From: Gemmatimonadota bacterium
GTDB taxonomy: Bacteria > Gemmatimonadota > Gemmatimonadetes > Longimicrobiales > Gaopeijiaceae
Reading direction: 5' to 3'
Assembly (NCBI GenBank): GCA_039589315.1
Contig: JBDHHQ010000027.1
Location: 1-64,000 of the forward strand
Length of the DNA stretch: 64,000 nt
Positions 10,255 to 19,713 of the stretch are shown here, piece after piece (within the stretch, counting starts at the first letter, position 1; every line of letters begins with the position of its first letter). Position numbers and translations under genes: made by a program. The notes under the pieces are model-generated. The model worked only from the letters and a program-made list of their open reading frames with translations. It was not told the origin of the DNA and ran no database searches.

Positions 10255-10588
10255 GCCGCTACGAGCAGGCCTCGACCGTGCTCACGTCGAACAAGGGCTT
10301 CGAAGACTGGGGCCAGGTCCTGGGCGATGACGTCATGGCCGCCGCGCTGATCGACCGGCTGGTCCACCACTGCCATATCTTCAATATCCGCAGCAACAGC
10401 TTCCGGATGCGCCATCACACCGAGCTGTCGAAGGCCCTACTCGCCGAGCTCGAGGCCGAGAAACCCTCTCCCAGCCGTAGGAGAAGAAGAACAAAGGAGG
10501 CTACGACGAACCGAGGCTCGTCCCCTCAACGGCTGAGGTGGGACAGTTTCAGCCGCCACAAGTAGGACATTTTCAACCGGCGTTGACA
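10255..10588 (+). mobile_element. istB: IS21-family remnant: IstB C-terminus and right terminal repeat
   Basis: RYEQASTVLTSNKGFEDWGQVLGDDVMAAALIDRLVHHCHI. Ends ...GGACAGTTTCAGCCG...GGACATTTTCAACCGGCGTTGACA. Confidence 0.85.
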
Positions 10589-10758
10589 ATGTGCGGGGAG
10601 CGAGGTACATCCGGCCAGTCCGAGATGTTGAGGTGGAGCAACGTCCGGCATGCGCACTTCACCGTACTCACGACCGAAGAAGGCGCGTCTCCACTCAGGT
10701 GAAGCGACTGTTCACAGGCTGGGCATTCAAAGACAACCGAGCGATGTTGATAGCCCAT
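10573..10758 (-). CDS. Small Cys-rich (zinc-ribbon-like) ORF, runs into the IS21 end
   Basis: CPAC...CAC motif, 61 aa. Confidence 0.35.
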   Translation of the reverse strand: MGYQHRSVVFECPACEQSLHLSGDAPSSVVSTVKCACRTLLHLNISDWPDVPRSPHIVNAG

Positions 10759-11006
10759 CGAGTCTCGCCCTCGACAGCGGGTTGCCGCCTTCTTAGCGCT
10801 GCTGACGCGATCGTTGACGTGTCCGGGAGTCCGAATCCTACTTGGTATCGCCTCGTCCTTCGGGGTCCTCCTCCGCCCATCGTCGCTCGAGTTCCTCGAG
10901 CCCGAGCCTCATCCACTTCGCGCGGATCCCCAGGGCACATTGACCTGGGCGGGACCCTGCACGACTCTGGTGGGATGAGCACGCCCGCTCGCTCCAGACG
11001 GATCCG

Positions 11007-12491
11007 ATGAGCACCGGACTCGCCGGCCGCAGCGGAGGCGAGCCGTCTCGTCCTTGCCGGCCCGGGAGTGAGCACTCGCCCCGGCGGGCCGGCGTCGTGT
11101 ACGGCCTTCCACTCGTCGGTGCGGTCTGGTTGGCCGTGACGGCCGCGACGGTAGCGCGACCCGCAGCTGCCCCGACCCCGAGCGCCATCCCGGCATTCGC
11201 GCGGATGTATCGAACGACGTGCTCCACCTGCCACATCGCCGCTCCCAAGCTCAACGTGCTCGGTGAGGCGTTCCGCCTGAACGGGTACCGGATGCCCGAG
11301 AGCCAGCTCCTGATCCGCCGGGACGATCCGCTTCCGCTCGGGGACGACGCGTGGAAGGACGAGTGGCCTCGCTCCATCTGGCCGGGCGAAGTGCCCGGGC
11401 AGGTCCCACTGGCCCTGCGCATTCAGACCGATGCACGCCTGACCCGTGACGAGGAGGCCCGAAACGACCTGACGTTCCGCTTTCCGAACGAGATCTACCT
11501 CCTCGCTGGGGCTCCCCTCGGATCCCTGATCTCGGCCTTCCTCGAGACGGAGTGGAGCCGCGAGAGAGGGATCGAGGTCGTCCAGGCCAAGCTGGGGTTC
11601 AACGACCTCTTCCCGGGCCTGCCGGCAGGAGCGATGAACCTCTGGGTGGGGCAGCAGAACCCCTATCTGTTCACGTTCGTCGACCGACAAATTGACCGGT
11701 CGGCGCGCCAGAAGTTCATGTGGCAGGAGTTCTCTCCGTCCGATATCACGCTGTCGTCACCGTCGGGGGACGAAGTGCGCTCGGACAACACGTTCGCGTT
11801 GGGTGGCACCTATCCTGCGATCGAGGTCAACGGCACTCCGGGCGGTCGTTTCTACTACGGGGTCGGGATCTCGCAGGGTGCGGGGCAGCTGACCACCGAC
11901 AACAACGGTCGAACGGACCTCTACTACAAGGTCCGCTACAAGTTCGGGGGCCTCGACCTGCGGGGAGCGTACGACCCCGGTGGAGCCCCCGTGACCGGAA
12001 CCGGGGGTCAGTTGCTCGACAGGTCGCTGACCCTCGAGCATTTCGGCTACTTCGGTGCCGAGCCGGTCGCTGACGGGAAAGACGACGAGCATCGCTCGTT
12101 CGGTGTGAACGCCCGGGCCCTGATCGGCCGCGCCGACGCCGGAGCCGGATACACGTGGAGTCGCTACGATTCTCCCTGGGCATCGCTCGCGTTCGGCCGG
12201 CTGGATGTGAGAAGCGTATTCGGGAAGTTCGAGTACCTCGTGTACCCGTGGCTCATCGGATCGCTCAAGGTCGAGTCGTTCCGGACCGAGTTTCCTGATG
12301 GTCTCCCGGCGCTCGACCTCGCGGCGGCATCAGGTGACCAGGACCGGATCCTCCCCGGCGCCGTCTTCCTGATTCGTCAAAACGTGCGTGGCGTGGTCGA
12401 GGCCGAACTGTACACCAAACACAGCCAGGCCGACGCCGCCGATGTGCGGTACCCTTCGAGCGTGTGGCTCAGGCTCGACGTAGCGTTCTGA
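11007..12491 (+). CDS. Cyc2-like outer-membrane cytochrome c-porin fusion
   Basis: Signal peptide, then IPAFARMYRTTCSTCH..PKLNVLGEAFRLNGY. Amphipathic beta strands and C-terminal Phe (LRLDVAF). Exact start uncertain. Confidence 0.8.
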   Translation: MSTGLAGRSGGEPSRPCRPGSEHSPRRAGVVYGLPLVGAVWLAVTAATVARPAAAPTPSAIPAFARMYRTTCSTCHIAAPKLNVLGEAFRLNGYRMPESQLLIRRDDPLPLGDDAWKDEWPRSIWPGEVPGQVPLALRIQTDARLTRDEEARNDLTFRFPNEIYLLAGAPLGSLISAFLETEWSRERGIEVVQAKLGFNDLFPGLPAGAMNLWVGQQNPYLFTFVDRQIDRSARQKFMWQEFSPSDITLSSPSGDEVRSDNTFALGGTYPAIEVNGTPGGRFYYGVGISQGAGQLTTDNNGRTDLYYKVRYKFGGLDLRGAYDPGGAPVTGTGGQLLDRSLTLEHFGYFGAEPVADGKDDEHRSFGVNARALIGRADAGAGYTWSRYDSPWASLAFGRLDVRSVFGKFEYLVYPWLIGSLKVESFRTEFPDGLPALDLAAASGDQDRILPGAVFLIRQNVRGVVEAELYTKHSQADAADVRYPSSVWLRLDVAF

Positions 12492-12933
12492 AGGAGGCAG
12501 GTGTTGGCCGCGTTCCTGCAGTAAACGTGACTCGAGCGAGGGACCTCCGCGGCGGCCGTCAGGCCCCGGACTCGCCCGTCGATCCTGCCCCGTGGCGACG
12601 CAATGCGTACGGCGATGAGTCCGTCGGCTGCGACATCCTCCGTCCGGAGTGCGACACGGATGACTCACCCGCGACCGGAAGAAACGAGACCGATCGCGCT
12701 CGACAGTCTCGAGCCGAGACAGCGGCGGGAAGGGGGATTCGGTGGGTCCCCGGGCAGCACGGCGGCCCTCTCGGCCATGACGCTGAGTCCGCCGACCTGG
12801 CCTCCCGCGCGGAGAGCATGTTCGAGGATCTCAACGCCCCCGCCTGGGGGCGGCACTTCCGCCGGCGGGCCCTGCAGGTGGCGGGGCTCGAACCCCTGGC
12901 CCTCGGGCCGCAACCGCTCCACCCAGACGGAGA

Positions 12934-13881
12934 ATGAGCGAGTCGGATGGAAGCCGAGGCCCCAGCCGGCCGAGCGTCTCCACCGAGCATCCCCTCCGAC
13001 AGGCCGCGGATCGGGGCGTTCGGGCCACGGTCGCGGCCCTTCTCACGAGCGTGGTCCTCGGTGCGATCAAGATTGCCGCGGGCGTTCTCGGCAACTCCTA
13101 CGCGCTCGTGGCAGACGGGGTCGAGTCGCTTCTCGACGTCGTGTCTTCGACAGTGGTCTGGGGGGCGCTACGGATAGGCGTCACCGCGCCCACGCACCGC
13201 TATCCGTACGGCCTGGGCAAGGTGGAGCCTCTTGCCGGGATGGTTGTGGCCTTCATGCTGCTCCTCGCGGCCGCCGGCATCGCCGTACAAGCGGTTCGGG
13301 GGATCCTCGAGCCGCACCAGGCCCCGGCCCCGTTCACGCTCGCGGTTCTGGTGGGTGTGGTCGTGACGAAGGAGGCGCTGTTTCGTGCGCTCTCCCGACA
13401 CGGCAGGGAGATCGGCAGTCGAGCCATGGCGGCCGACGCGTGGCACCACCGGTCCGATGCGTTGACGTCCCTTGCCGCGTTCGTCGGGATCTCTGTGGCC
13501 CTGGTGGGGGGGGAGGGATTCGAGAGCGCGGACGACTGGGCGGCGCTCTTCGCGTGTGGCGTGATCGCCTTCAACGGTGTGGGGCTCGTCCGCGGCGGGC
13601 TCGACGAAGTCCTGGACGCCGCCGTTTCCCCCGATGTCGAGCGACGCATCCGAGACGCCGCCCTCTCCGTTGAGGGAACGCGAGGGATCGACACTTGTCG
13701 TGTCCGGCGTAGCGGTCTGGGCCTCCTCGTCGACATCCACGTGGAGGTCGACGGCGAGCTCCCGGTCCGACAAGGACACGAGATCGCCCACCGCGTGAAG
13801 GACGCGCTTCTCGAGGCGGAGCTGGGGATCCTGGACGTCCTCGTCCACGTGGAGCCGTACCCGAGCTCCCGGCACGGTTGA
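12934..13881 (+). CDS. Cation diffusion facilitator (FieF-like) metal transporter
   Basis: SYALVADGVESLLD, YPYGLGKVE, ADAWHHRSD, DVLVHVEP. Confidence 0.9.
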   Translation: MSESDGSRGPSRPSVSTEHPLRQAADRGVRATVAALLTSVVLGAIKIAAGVLGNSYALVADGVESLLDVVSSTVVWGALRIGVTAPTHRYPYGLGKVEPLAGMVVAFMLLLAAAGIAVQAVRGILEPHQAPAPFTLAVLVGVVVTKEALFRALSRHGREIGSRAMAADAWHHRSDALTSLAAFVGISVALVGGEGFESADDWAALFACGVIAFNGVGLVRGGLDEVLDAAVSPDVERRIRDAALSVEGTRGIDTCRVRRSGLGLLVDIHVEVDGELPVRQGHEIAHRVKDALLEAELGILDVLVHVEPYPSSRHG

Positions 13882-13893
13882 GGCGGCCGTCCG

Positions 13894-14286
13894 ATGAATC
13901 AATCCGGAGCCGGAGGCAGGATCGAGTTCACGGACAACGGCGGGGAGTCGCACGATGGGGTTGCGTCGGGGCTGGATGGGAGTGCCGATCGTGGGACCTA
14001 CGTCTCGCTGGTTTATGACAACCGTGCGTCGGGAGGGCAAGATGCGGGGCCGAACAAAGAGGCGGCGTGCGAACCCGTGGTCGATGGACCAGGGATGTTC
14101 CTGCGCGTCTGGGTCGTCGATGCGGACGGTCACGGCACCCTGGTGGGGTCCATTGATCGGATGTCGATCAGCACCTTCAGGACGGTATCCATCCGTGACA
14201 CCGGGATAGACGGGCCCTTTGGCCCGGCCACTGGTCCGGCGGCGGTCGTGGCCTGCGGGAACGTGGCGACTCACGGCCAGAACTGA
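13894..14286 (+). CDS. Hypothetical protein (possibly N-terminally truncated)
   Basis: Follows the CDF gene by 12 bp. Ends VVACGNV, weakly like a Cu/Zn-SOD fold. Confidence 0.45.
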   Translation: MNQSGAGGRIEFTDNGGESHDGVASGLDGSADRGTYVSLVYDNRASGGQDAGPNKEAACEPVVDGPGMFLRVWVVDADGHGTLVGSIDRMSISTFRTVSIRDTGIDGPFGPATGPAAVVACGNVATHGQN

Positions 14287-14383
14287 GGGACTACTTGGGC
14301 GCTCGAATCCCAGCTGAGAGACGGCCCTCAGTCAGGGCTCCGTAGAGGGTGTCGGGCCCGGGGGTTTCCTCCGTCTCCGCAAG

Positions 14384-14989
14384 TCATGCCTCACCCGAGG
14401 GGTCGAGCGAGACCACGACTTCGGTCACGGTGCTCGGCGACAGCCTGACCGTTCGCTGCGATGGGGGAAGGCGGTGATGCCAGACGTTCAGCTGGTAGGC
14501 GCCCGCCGGCACGTCGCGAAGCTCGAATCGACCTTCCTCGTCCACGGTCGCGTGGTGCTTCGTCGGCACCACCACGACGTAGGCGACCATCTCGGGGTGG
14601 ACATGGCAGAGGATCACGTGCTCCCCAAGCTCCCGGAAGGTGTGTTCCCGACGGTCCCCCTGCTCGTAGGTGCCGAGGTCGAAGCCGACCCCCGCGGCCC
14701 CGGGACTGAAGACGTTGTGCATCACGGGGTCGCTGTTGAGGAACTCAACGGTGGACCCGACTGCCGCTACCAGAACCACTGGGCGGAAGCGCAGGTGGCG
14801 CTGATCGATGACCGCCCGCTCCGGGCCGGACTCGAGCGGGCTCCCGTCAGCGGACAGCAGGTAGACTACGGGTTTGGGTCCGGAGGCTGGGCCCCACTGA
14901 ACGACCCCCTGTAGCGTGGCACCCTCCTGGGCTCCCGACGGGGGCACCCAAAGGGACGTGGTGACGAGGACCACGAAGACAGGTCTCAT
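14384..14989 (-). CDS. Secreted cupredoxin-like/carboxypeptidase-regulatory-like protein
   Basis: Signal peptide, IDQ..F.P, NSDPVMHNVFS, CHVHPEM (H...CxxHxxM). Confidence 0.8.
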   Translation of the reverse strand: MRPVFVVLVTTSLWVPPSGAQEGATLQGVVQWGPASGPKPVVYLLSADGSPLESGPERAVIDQRHLRFRPVVLVAAVGSTVEFLNSDPVMHNVFSPGAAGVGFDLGTYEQGDRREHTFRELGEHVILCHVHPEMVAYVVVVPTKHHATVDEEGRFELRDVPAGAYQLNVWHHRLPPSQRTVRLSPSTVTEVVVSLDPSGEA

Positions 14990-15102
14990 GCACGTACGGA
15001 GGGTGACGGGCTTGCCTCTCCATTAAGAGCCGCTGCGTGCGCCGGGCGGAGCGAAGAGTATAGTAAATATGCGGAGCGGCATGAACAGAATCCACCCACC
15101 GG

Positions 15103-15143
15103 TCTGTCACTGAAAGTCACACTATGTGACATTCACGGTCACA
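15103..15143. promoter_or_regulatory. TGTGAC-N7-GTCACA palindrome plus adjacent degenerate copy
   Basis: TCTGTC-actgaaa-GTCACA-cta-TGTGAC-attcacg-GTCACA in the divergent intergenic region. Confidence 0.65.
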
Positions 15144-15411
15144 CTTGCACGCATGGCAGGTCGGGTCAAACGATCCTAACCTCAAGGTCTGCTGTTACTT
15201 ACCGCATGCTGCCCCTTTGGTCCGATCTTTGCAATTCGGTACGCCTAACGAGGCATTCACGAGGCCCGCGTGCGGCGGTCGGCCCGCCGCGCGGAGCCGT
15301 CCGAGCGCCCTCGTGCGAGTCCTCGCCCGGGCGCAAGGATGGCAGGTCTCGTCGGGCCCAAGAGCTTCGTCCAGTGCGGCCGGCGCGACTCTGCGGGAGC
15401 GTGGATGCGTC

Positions 15412-17730
15412 ATGAACGTCAACAAGCTGTTCCCTCGCCTCACAATCCGGCTGAAGCTGACGATCGCGTTCGCGCTCCTGTCGATGGTCCCCTTGCTCGC
15501 CGTCGCAGGGCTTGCCACCCGGGTCACGCTGCGAAATGTCCGGACTCTTACCGAGAGCACGCTCCGTCATGACCTGGACATGGCACGCGCACGGACCGAG
15601 CGCGCGCTCCAGGAAGTCGAGCAGGACCTGGCATTCGTCGCGGGCACCGTCTTGGGCCCGCGTTTGATGCAGGACAGCGAGACCGGGGCTGAGCCACTGG
15701 AGAGCGTAGCTACGGACTTCCTCGCCCTGAGTCCGACCCTCTTCAGGCTCCTGGCGGTGCGGGCCGACGGCGAGATCATCTTCGCAACCTCGTCCGATCT
15801 GGTGGACTCACTGCCGCGTGAGAGTTCGGGCGCTCGGGCCGCGTTCCTCTACTCCTATCTGGCCGCGTCGATCGAGCCGGGGAAGCGGATGGCGATTCCG
15901 GTCGAACTGAGAAGCGGGACCGACGAGGCCGGCCCGTTCGTCACGACCCCTGCCATCGCGGTCCTGGAACCCATCCGCAACGAGGGTGGCGAGCTCTTGG
16001 GCGTGATCGTCGGTGAAGCATACGCGTCGCGGCTCTTCGCAGGCGTGGACCAGGGGTCCCCGTCTCTCCTGGCCACGACGGGCGTGGTCGCCGGCAACGG
16101 CCTCCTTCTCCACCACTCCGAGCGTAAGCAGGACTGGACCAGCCTCCTCGCCTCCCGTTCGGACGCGAACCTCGAAGACGACCTTTCGGCCTCCGGAGCG
16201 GCAGCGGTTCTATCCGGTGAGGCCGGGACGCTCAGAATCCCGGATGACAGGGTCGTCAGCTACGTCCCCCTTCGCCTCGCCGGTAGCGGTATCGGACCGC
16301 TGACGCTCTACCGGGTCGTGCGCGCGTCGGCTCTCGGGGCATCGGTGCGGCGCCTCCGGACGGTAGCGCTCGGGGGAGGGGCCGTGTTGTTCTTGATGGT
16401 GCTGGGCCTCGCGATGCTGGCGGCCCGTCAGTTCACGGGTCCGATCTACACACTGCGGCAAGGCGTCCGCCGCCTCGCCAGCGGGGAGTCCGATGTCGGC
16501 GTCGACGTGGAAACGAACGACGAGCTGGAGGACTTGGCGCACGATTTCTCGGCGATGGCCGTCCTACTCTCCGATCACCGCAATCGTCTCGAGGAGCTGG
16601 TGGAGGAACGCACCCGGGCGCTGCAGGAGGCCCACTCCAAGCTGGCGGATATCCTGGAGTACTCCGCCGACGCGATCGTCGGGCTCGACCTCGAAGGACG
16701 GGTCCGCCTGTGGAACAGGGGGGCCGAGTCTCTCTTCGGATACTCGGTGCCCGAGGCAACCGGGCAACGTGTGGATGGTCTCCTTACGCCCGAAAGCGCG
16801 GACAGCGCCGTCGAGCGGGCCGTGATCCAGCGCGAGATGAAGCGACACGGAGCCGTCGTGAACCTCCAGACTCACCGGACACCAAAGGACGGGCCCGCCT
16901 TTCCGGTCAGCCTGACGCAGGCGCCGATTCGGGACTCGGACGGGAACCCGGTCGGCTACTCGCTCATCATTCGCGACACGCGCACGCAGGCGAGGCTCGA
17001 GGAGCAAATGCGGCGTTCGGAGAGGTTGGCCACTGTGAGCGTGATGGCCGCCGGACTAGCGCACGAGCTCAAGAATCCACTGGCCATCATCGGCAACCGG
17101 GTGGAGTGGATGCTCAGGGAATCCAACGAAAGCTGTCACGAATGCGGCCTGGGCCAAGATCTAGAGGTGGTGAGCGAGCACACGAGCCGCCTGGTCGACC
17201 TCACGCGTGACCTCCTGTCCTTTGGCCGAGAAGCGGACGACGCCCGTGGGCCTGTGCTCCTCAGCGACGTGTGCAGCCGTGTGGCCGGACTCCTGGATCG
17301 AACGTTCGCGGCACGGCAGTTGACGTTGGAGACCGACCTTGCCTCAGATCTTCAGGTGCTGGAGGGCAGCGAGCCCGAGATCGAGACCATCTGCATGAAC
17401 CTCCTCATGAACGCCGCCGATGCCACACCGTCGGGTGGGACCGTCACTATGGAGGTCCGCCGTTCCCAGTTCGGCGACTCGCTGGAACTGGAGGTGCGGG
17501 ACACCGGACCGGGCGTCCCGGTCGAGCTCCGTCGTCGCATCTTCGAACCCTTCTTCACGACCAAAGGCAAGCTCGGCGGCACCGGACTCGGGCTCCCATT
17601 GTGCCGGAGCATCGCCGAGAGACACGGAGGCACGATCGCAATGGAGAGCGGCGAGGGGTACGGGAGTCGGTTCGTAGTTTCGTTCCCCCTTCCCGCGATG
17701 GCCGACGAATGGAACGGGCAAGGATACTGA
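15412..17730 (+). CDS. Sensor histidine kinase (periplasmic sensor-HAMP-PAS-HisKA-HATPase)
   Basis: Two TM segments, DELEDLAHDF HAMP, PAS (WNRGAESLFGY), AHELKNPL, NAADA, DTGPG, FFTTK, GTGLGL. Confidence 0.92.
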   Translation: MNVNKLFPRLTIRLKLTIAFALLSMVPLLAVAGLATRVTLRNVRTLTESTLRHDLDMARARTERALQEVEQDLAFVAGTVLGPRLMQDSETGAEPLESVATDFLALSPTLFRLLAVRADGEIIFATSSDLVDSLPRESSGARAAFLYSYLAASIEPGKRMAIPVELRSGTDEAGPFVTTPAIAVLEPIRNEGGELLGVIVGEAYASRLFAGVDQGSPSLLATTGVVAGNGLLLHHSERKQDWTSLLASRSDANLEDDLSASGAAAVLSGEAGTLRIPDDRVVSYVPLRLAGSGIGPLTLYRVVRASALGASVRRLRTVALGGGAVLFLMVLGLAMLAARQFTGPIYTLRQGVRRLASGESDVGVDVETNDELEDLAHDFSAMAVLLSDHRNRLEELVEERTRALQEAHSKLADILEYSADAIVGLDLEGRVRLWNRGAESLFGYSVPEATGQRVDGLLTPESADSAVERAVIQREMKRHGAVVNLQTHRTPKDGPAFPVSLTQAPIRDSDGNPVGYSLIIRDTRTQARLEEQMRRSERLATVSVMAAGLAHELKNPLAIIGNRVEWMLRESNESCHECGLGQDLEVVSEHTSRLVDLTRDLLSFGREADDARGPVLLSDVCSRVAGLLDRTFAARQLTLETDLASDLQVLEGSEPEIETICMNLLMNAADATPSGGTVTMEVRRSQFGDSLELEVRDTGPGVPVELRRRIFEPFFTTKGKLGGTGLGLPLCRSIAERHGGTIAMESGEGYGSRFVVSFPLPAMADEWNGQGY

Positions 17731-19100
17731 TCGTCGACGACGAGCCGGCGATGCTCGTGAACTGCGAGAGGTTCCTCTCGCGGGAGGGGTACGACTGCGT
17801 CACGCTGCGGGATCCGACCCGGGTGCGCGCCGTACTGGACGAGGTGCGGCCCGACGTACTTCTCTTGGACCTCCGGATGCCGGGGGTCGACGGAATGACC
17901 GTCCTCACGGTCGCGTTGGCGGACGATCCCGCGCTCCCCGTCGTCATCATGACCGCACACGCCTCGGTAAACTCGGCGGTGGAAGCCATCCGCGAGGGCG
18001 CCTTCGACTACCTGGAGAAGCCTTTCTCCGCGGATCAGTTGGTCGTGTCTGTGAATCGCGCGGTTCGGCACCGGGGTCTCGCTGTCGAGAATCGCACCCT
18101 TCGGGAACAGGTGGACCGAGGCCTTTCGAACACGATCATCGGTTCGAGCAAGGCAATCACGCAGTTGCTCCACATGGCCCTCAAGGTCGCCGCTGCGGAC
18201 TCCAACGTCCTGATTTCCGGGGAGAGCGGCACGGGCAAGGAGTTGATCGCGCGCTGCATCCACGCCAACAGCTCGAGGAAGGACCGACCGTTCACGCCCG
18301 TGGACTGTGCGGCAATGCCCGAGGGGCTGCTCGAGAGCGAACTCTTTGGTTACGAGCCCGGTGCCTTTACCGGCGCGGTCCGCCGAAGGCGAGGGCTCCT
18401 CGATGAAGCCGCGGGCGGGACCGTGTTCCTCGACGAGTTCACCGAGTTAAGCGCGGCCCTCCAGTCCAAGCTCCTGCGCGTGCTGGAGGAGCGGAAGGTC
18501 AGGAGGCTGGGAGGCTCCGCACTGATCGACATCGACATTCGGGTGTTGGCTGCCACCAACGTGGACCTCGATGAGGCGGTCGCGCTCGGATCGTTCCGCG
18601 AAGATCTTTATTACCGACTCAACGTCGTGCCGCTCCACCTTCCTCCGCTGCGGGAGCGCGAGGGAGACGTTATTCTGCTCGCCCAACAGTTTCTGGCACG
18701 CTACTCCGCCGCCCAGGAGTGGGATCCGCCGAAGGTGTCTCCGGACGTGTGGGAAGCACTCGAGCGGTACCCATGGCCAGGCAACGTAAGAGAGCTGAAA
18801 AACCTGGCCGAGCGGCTGGTGGTCCTTCACGAGGGCGATAGCATCACCCTCTCCGACCTCCCCGAGGCATTCCGGACAGACTGGGCGACGTTGACACGGG
18901 TGGACGACGGGGAGCTCCTTCCCTATCCGGAGGCCCGGCTGCAGGCACTCCAGGAATTCCGGAAGCGCTATGCGCGCACGCTCCTGGGCCGGTGCGGTGG
19001 GAACGTGTCGCGGGCCGCTCGCACCGCCGGAGTCTCGCGCCGGACCGTCTATCGGTGGCTCGACGAGCTCGAAGCCGAACCTCCTGCCAACCAGACCTGA
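17709..19100 (+). CDS. NtrC-family sigma54-dependent response regulator
   Basis: ILIVDDE receiver, GESGTGKE, GAFTGA, FREDLYYRLNV, WPGNVREL, Fis-type HTH. Confidence 0.95.
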   Translation: MERARILIVDDEPAMLVNCERFLSREGYDCVTLRDPTRVRAVLDEVRPDVLLLDLRMPGVDGMTVLTVALADDPALPVVIMTAHASVNSAVEAIREGAFDYLEKPFSADQLVVSVNRAVRHRGLAVENRTLREQVDRGLSNTIIGSSKAITQLLHMALKVAAADSNVLISGESGTGKELIARCIHANSSRKDRPFTPVDCAAMPEGLLESELFGYEPGAFTGAVRRRRGLLDEAAGGTVFLDEFTELSAALQSKLLRVLEERKVRRLGGSALIDIDIRVLAATNVDLDEAVALGSFREDLYYRLNVVPLHLPPLREREGDVILLAQQFLARYSAAQEWDPPKVSPDVWEALERYPWPGNVRELKNLAERLVVLHEGDSITLSDLPEAFRTDWATLTRVDDGELLPYPEARLQALQEFRKRYARTLLGRCGGNVSRAARTAGVSRRTVYRWLDELEAEPPANQT

Positions 19101-19196
19101 GGCCCAGGCGGAGGGTTGCCTGTCCACCGATCCCGCAGTGCCGCCTCGACTTCGGTTCCAAGTTCGCCACTCACCGGCTGTGGCGACCAACGACCG

Positions 19197-19215
19197 TGTG
19201 ACACCCAGCGTCACA
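19197..19215. promoter_or_regulatory. Perfect TGTGAC-N7-GTCACA palindrome (putative UAS)
   Basis: TGTGAC-acccagc-GTCACA upstream of the cupredoxin operon. Confidence 0.65.
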
Positions 19216-19571
19216 GAGTAGGCTCGGGACGGAGGCCAGACCGGCGTGAGTAGGTTTGTAGGTGTCCGTATGATAACGACTTAGCCTCTCTCGATCCGAA
19301 CCCGGCTCGGAAAGCCGCGCTCCGCCTCCGTCGGTACTGGGCTCCGCTCACACTCGCCTCTCCCAAGAGTCGCCACGCTCGCACGAAGGCCCTGGGATCG
19401 CGTACTCGCGCCCCGTCGGCCGCCTTGGGCCCGCCACTGCCGGTCAGATGCACAGTTCGACGGTCAGAGTCACACTCCGCAGAGCGTATCGCCTTCCTCA
19501 CATCGTGATAGAGACGTGTAAGCTATTGTATAACCACAAGATAAGTGATTGGAGTGTTCCTGGCCCCTCCC

Positions 19572-19587
19572 GGGCTCGGCGCTTGCT
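19572..19587 (+). promoter_or_regulatory. Candidate sigma54 promoter of the cupredoxin-cytochrome operon
   Basis: GGGCTCGGCGCTTGCT (GG-N10-GC, TTGCT), preceded by an AT-rich tract at about 19520-19550. Confidence 0.6.
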
Positions 19588-19713
19588 ACACCCACCGTAG
19601 AGACAGTCGGATCAGCGACTGACCTGATCGGCCTCGCCCCCAGCACCGATCGACGGCTCCGCTGCGGACGCAGGCCTTCGGAAGATAATTGTCGCGTGCA
19701 AAGGAGGTGTCGC

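Noticed and set aside
15124..15143. CRP/FNR binding site
   Set aside because: Half-site spacing is TGTGA-N9-TCACA, not N6.
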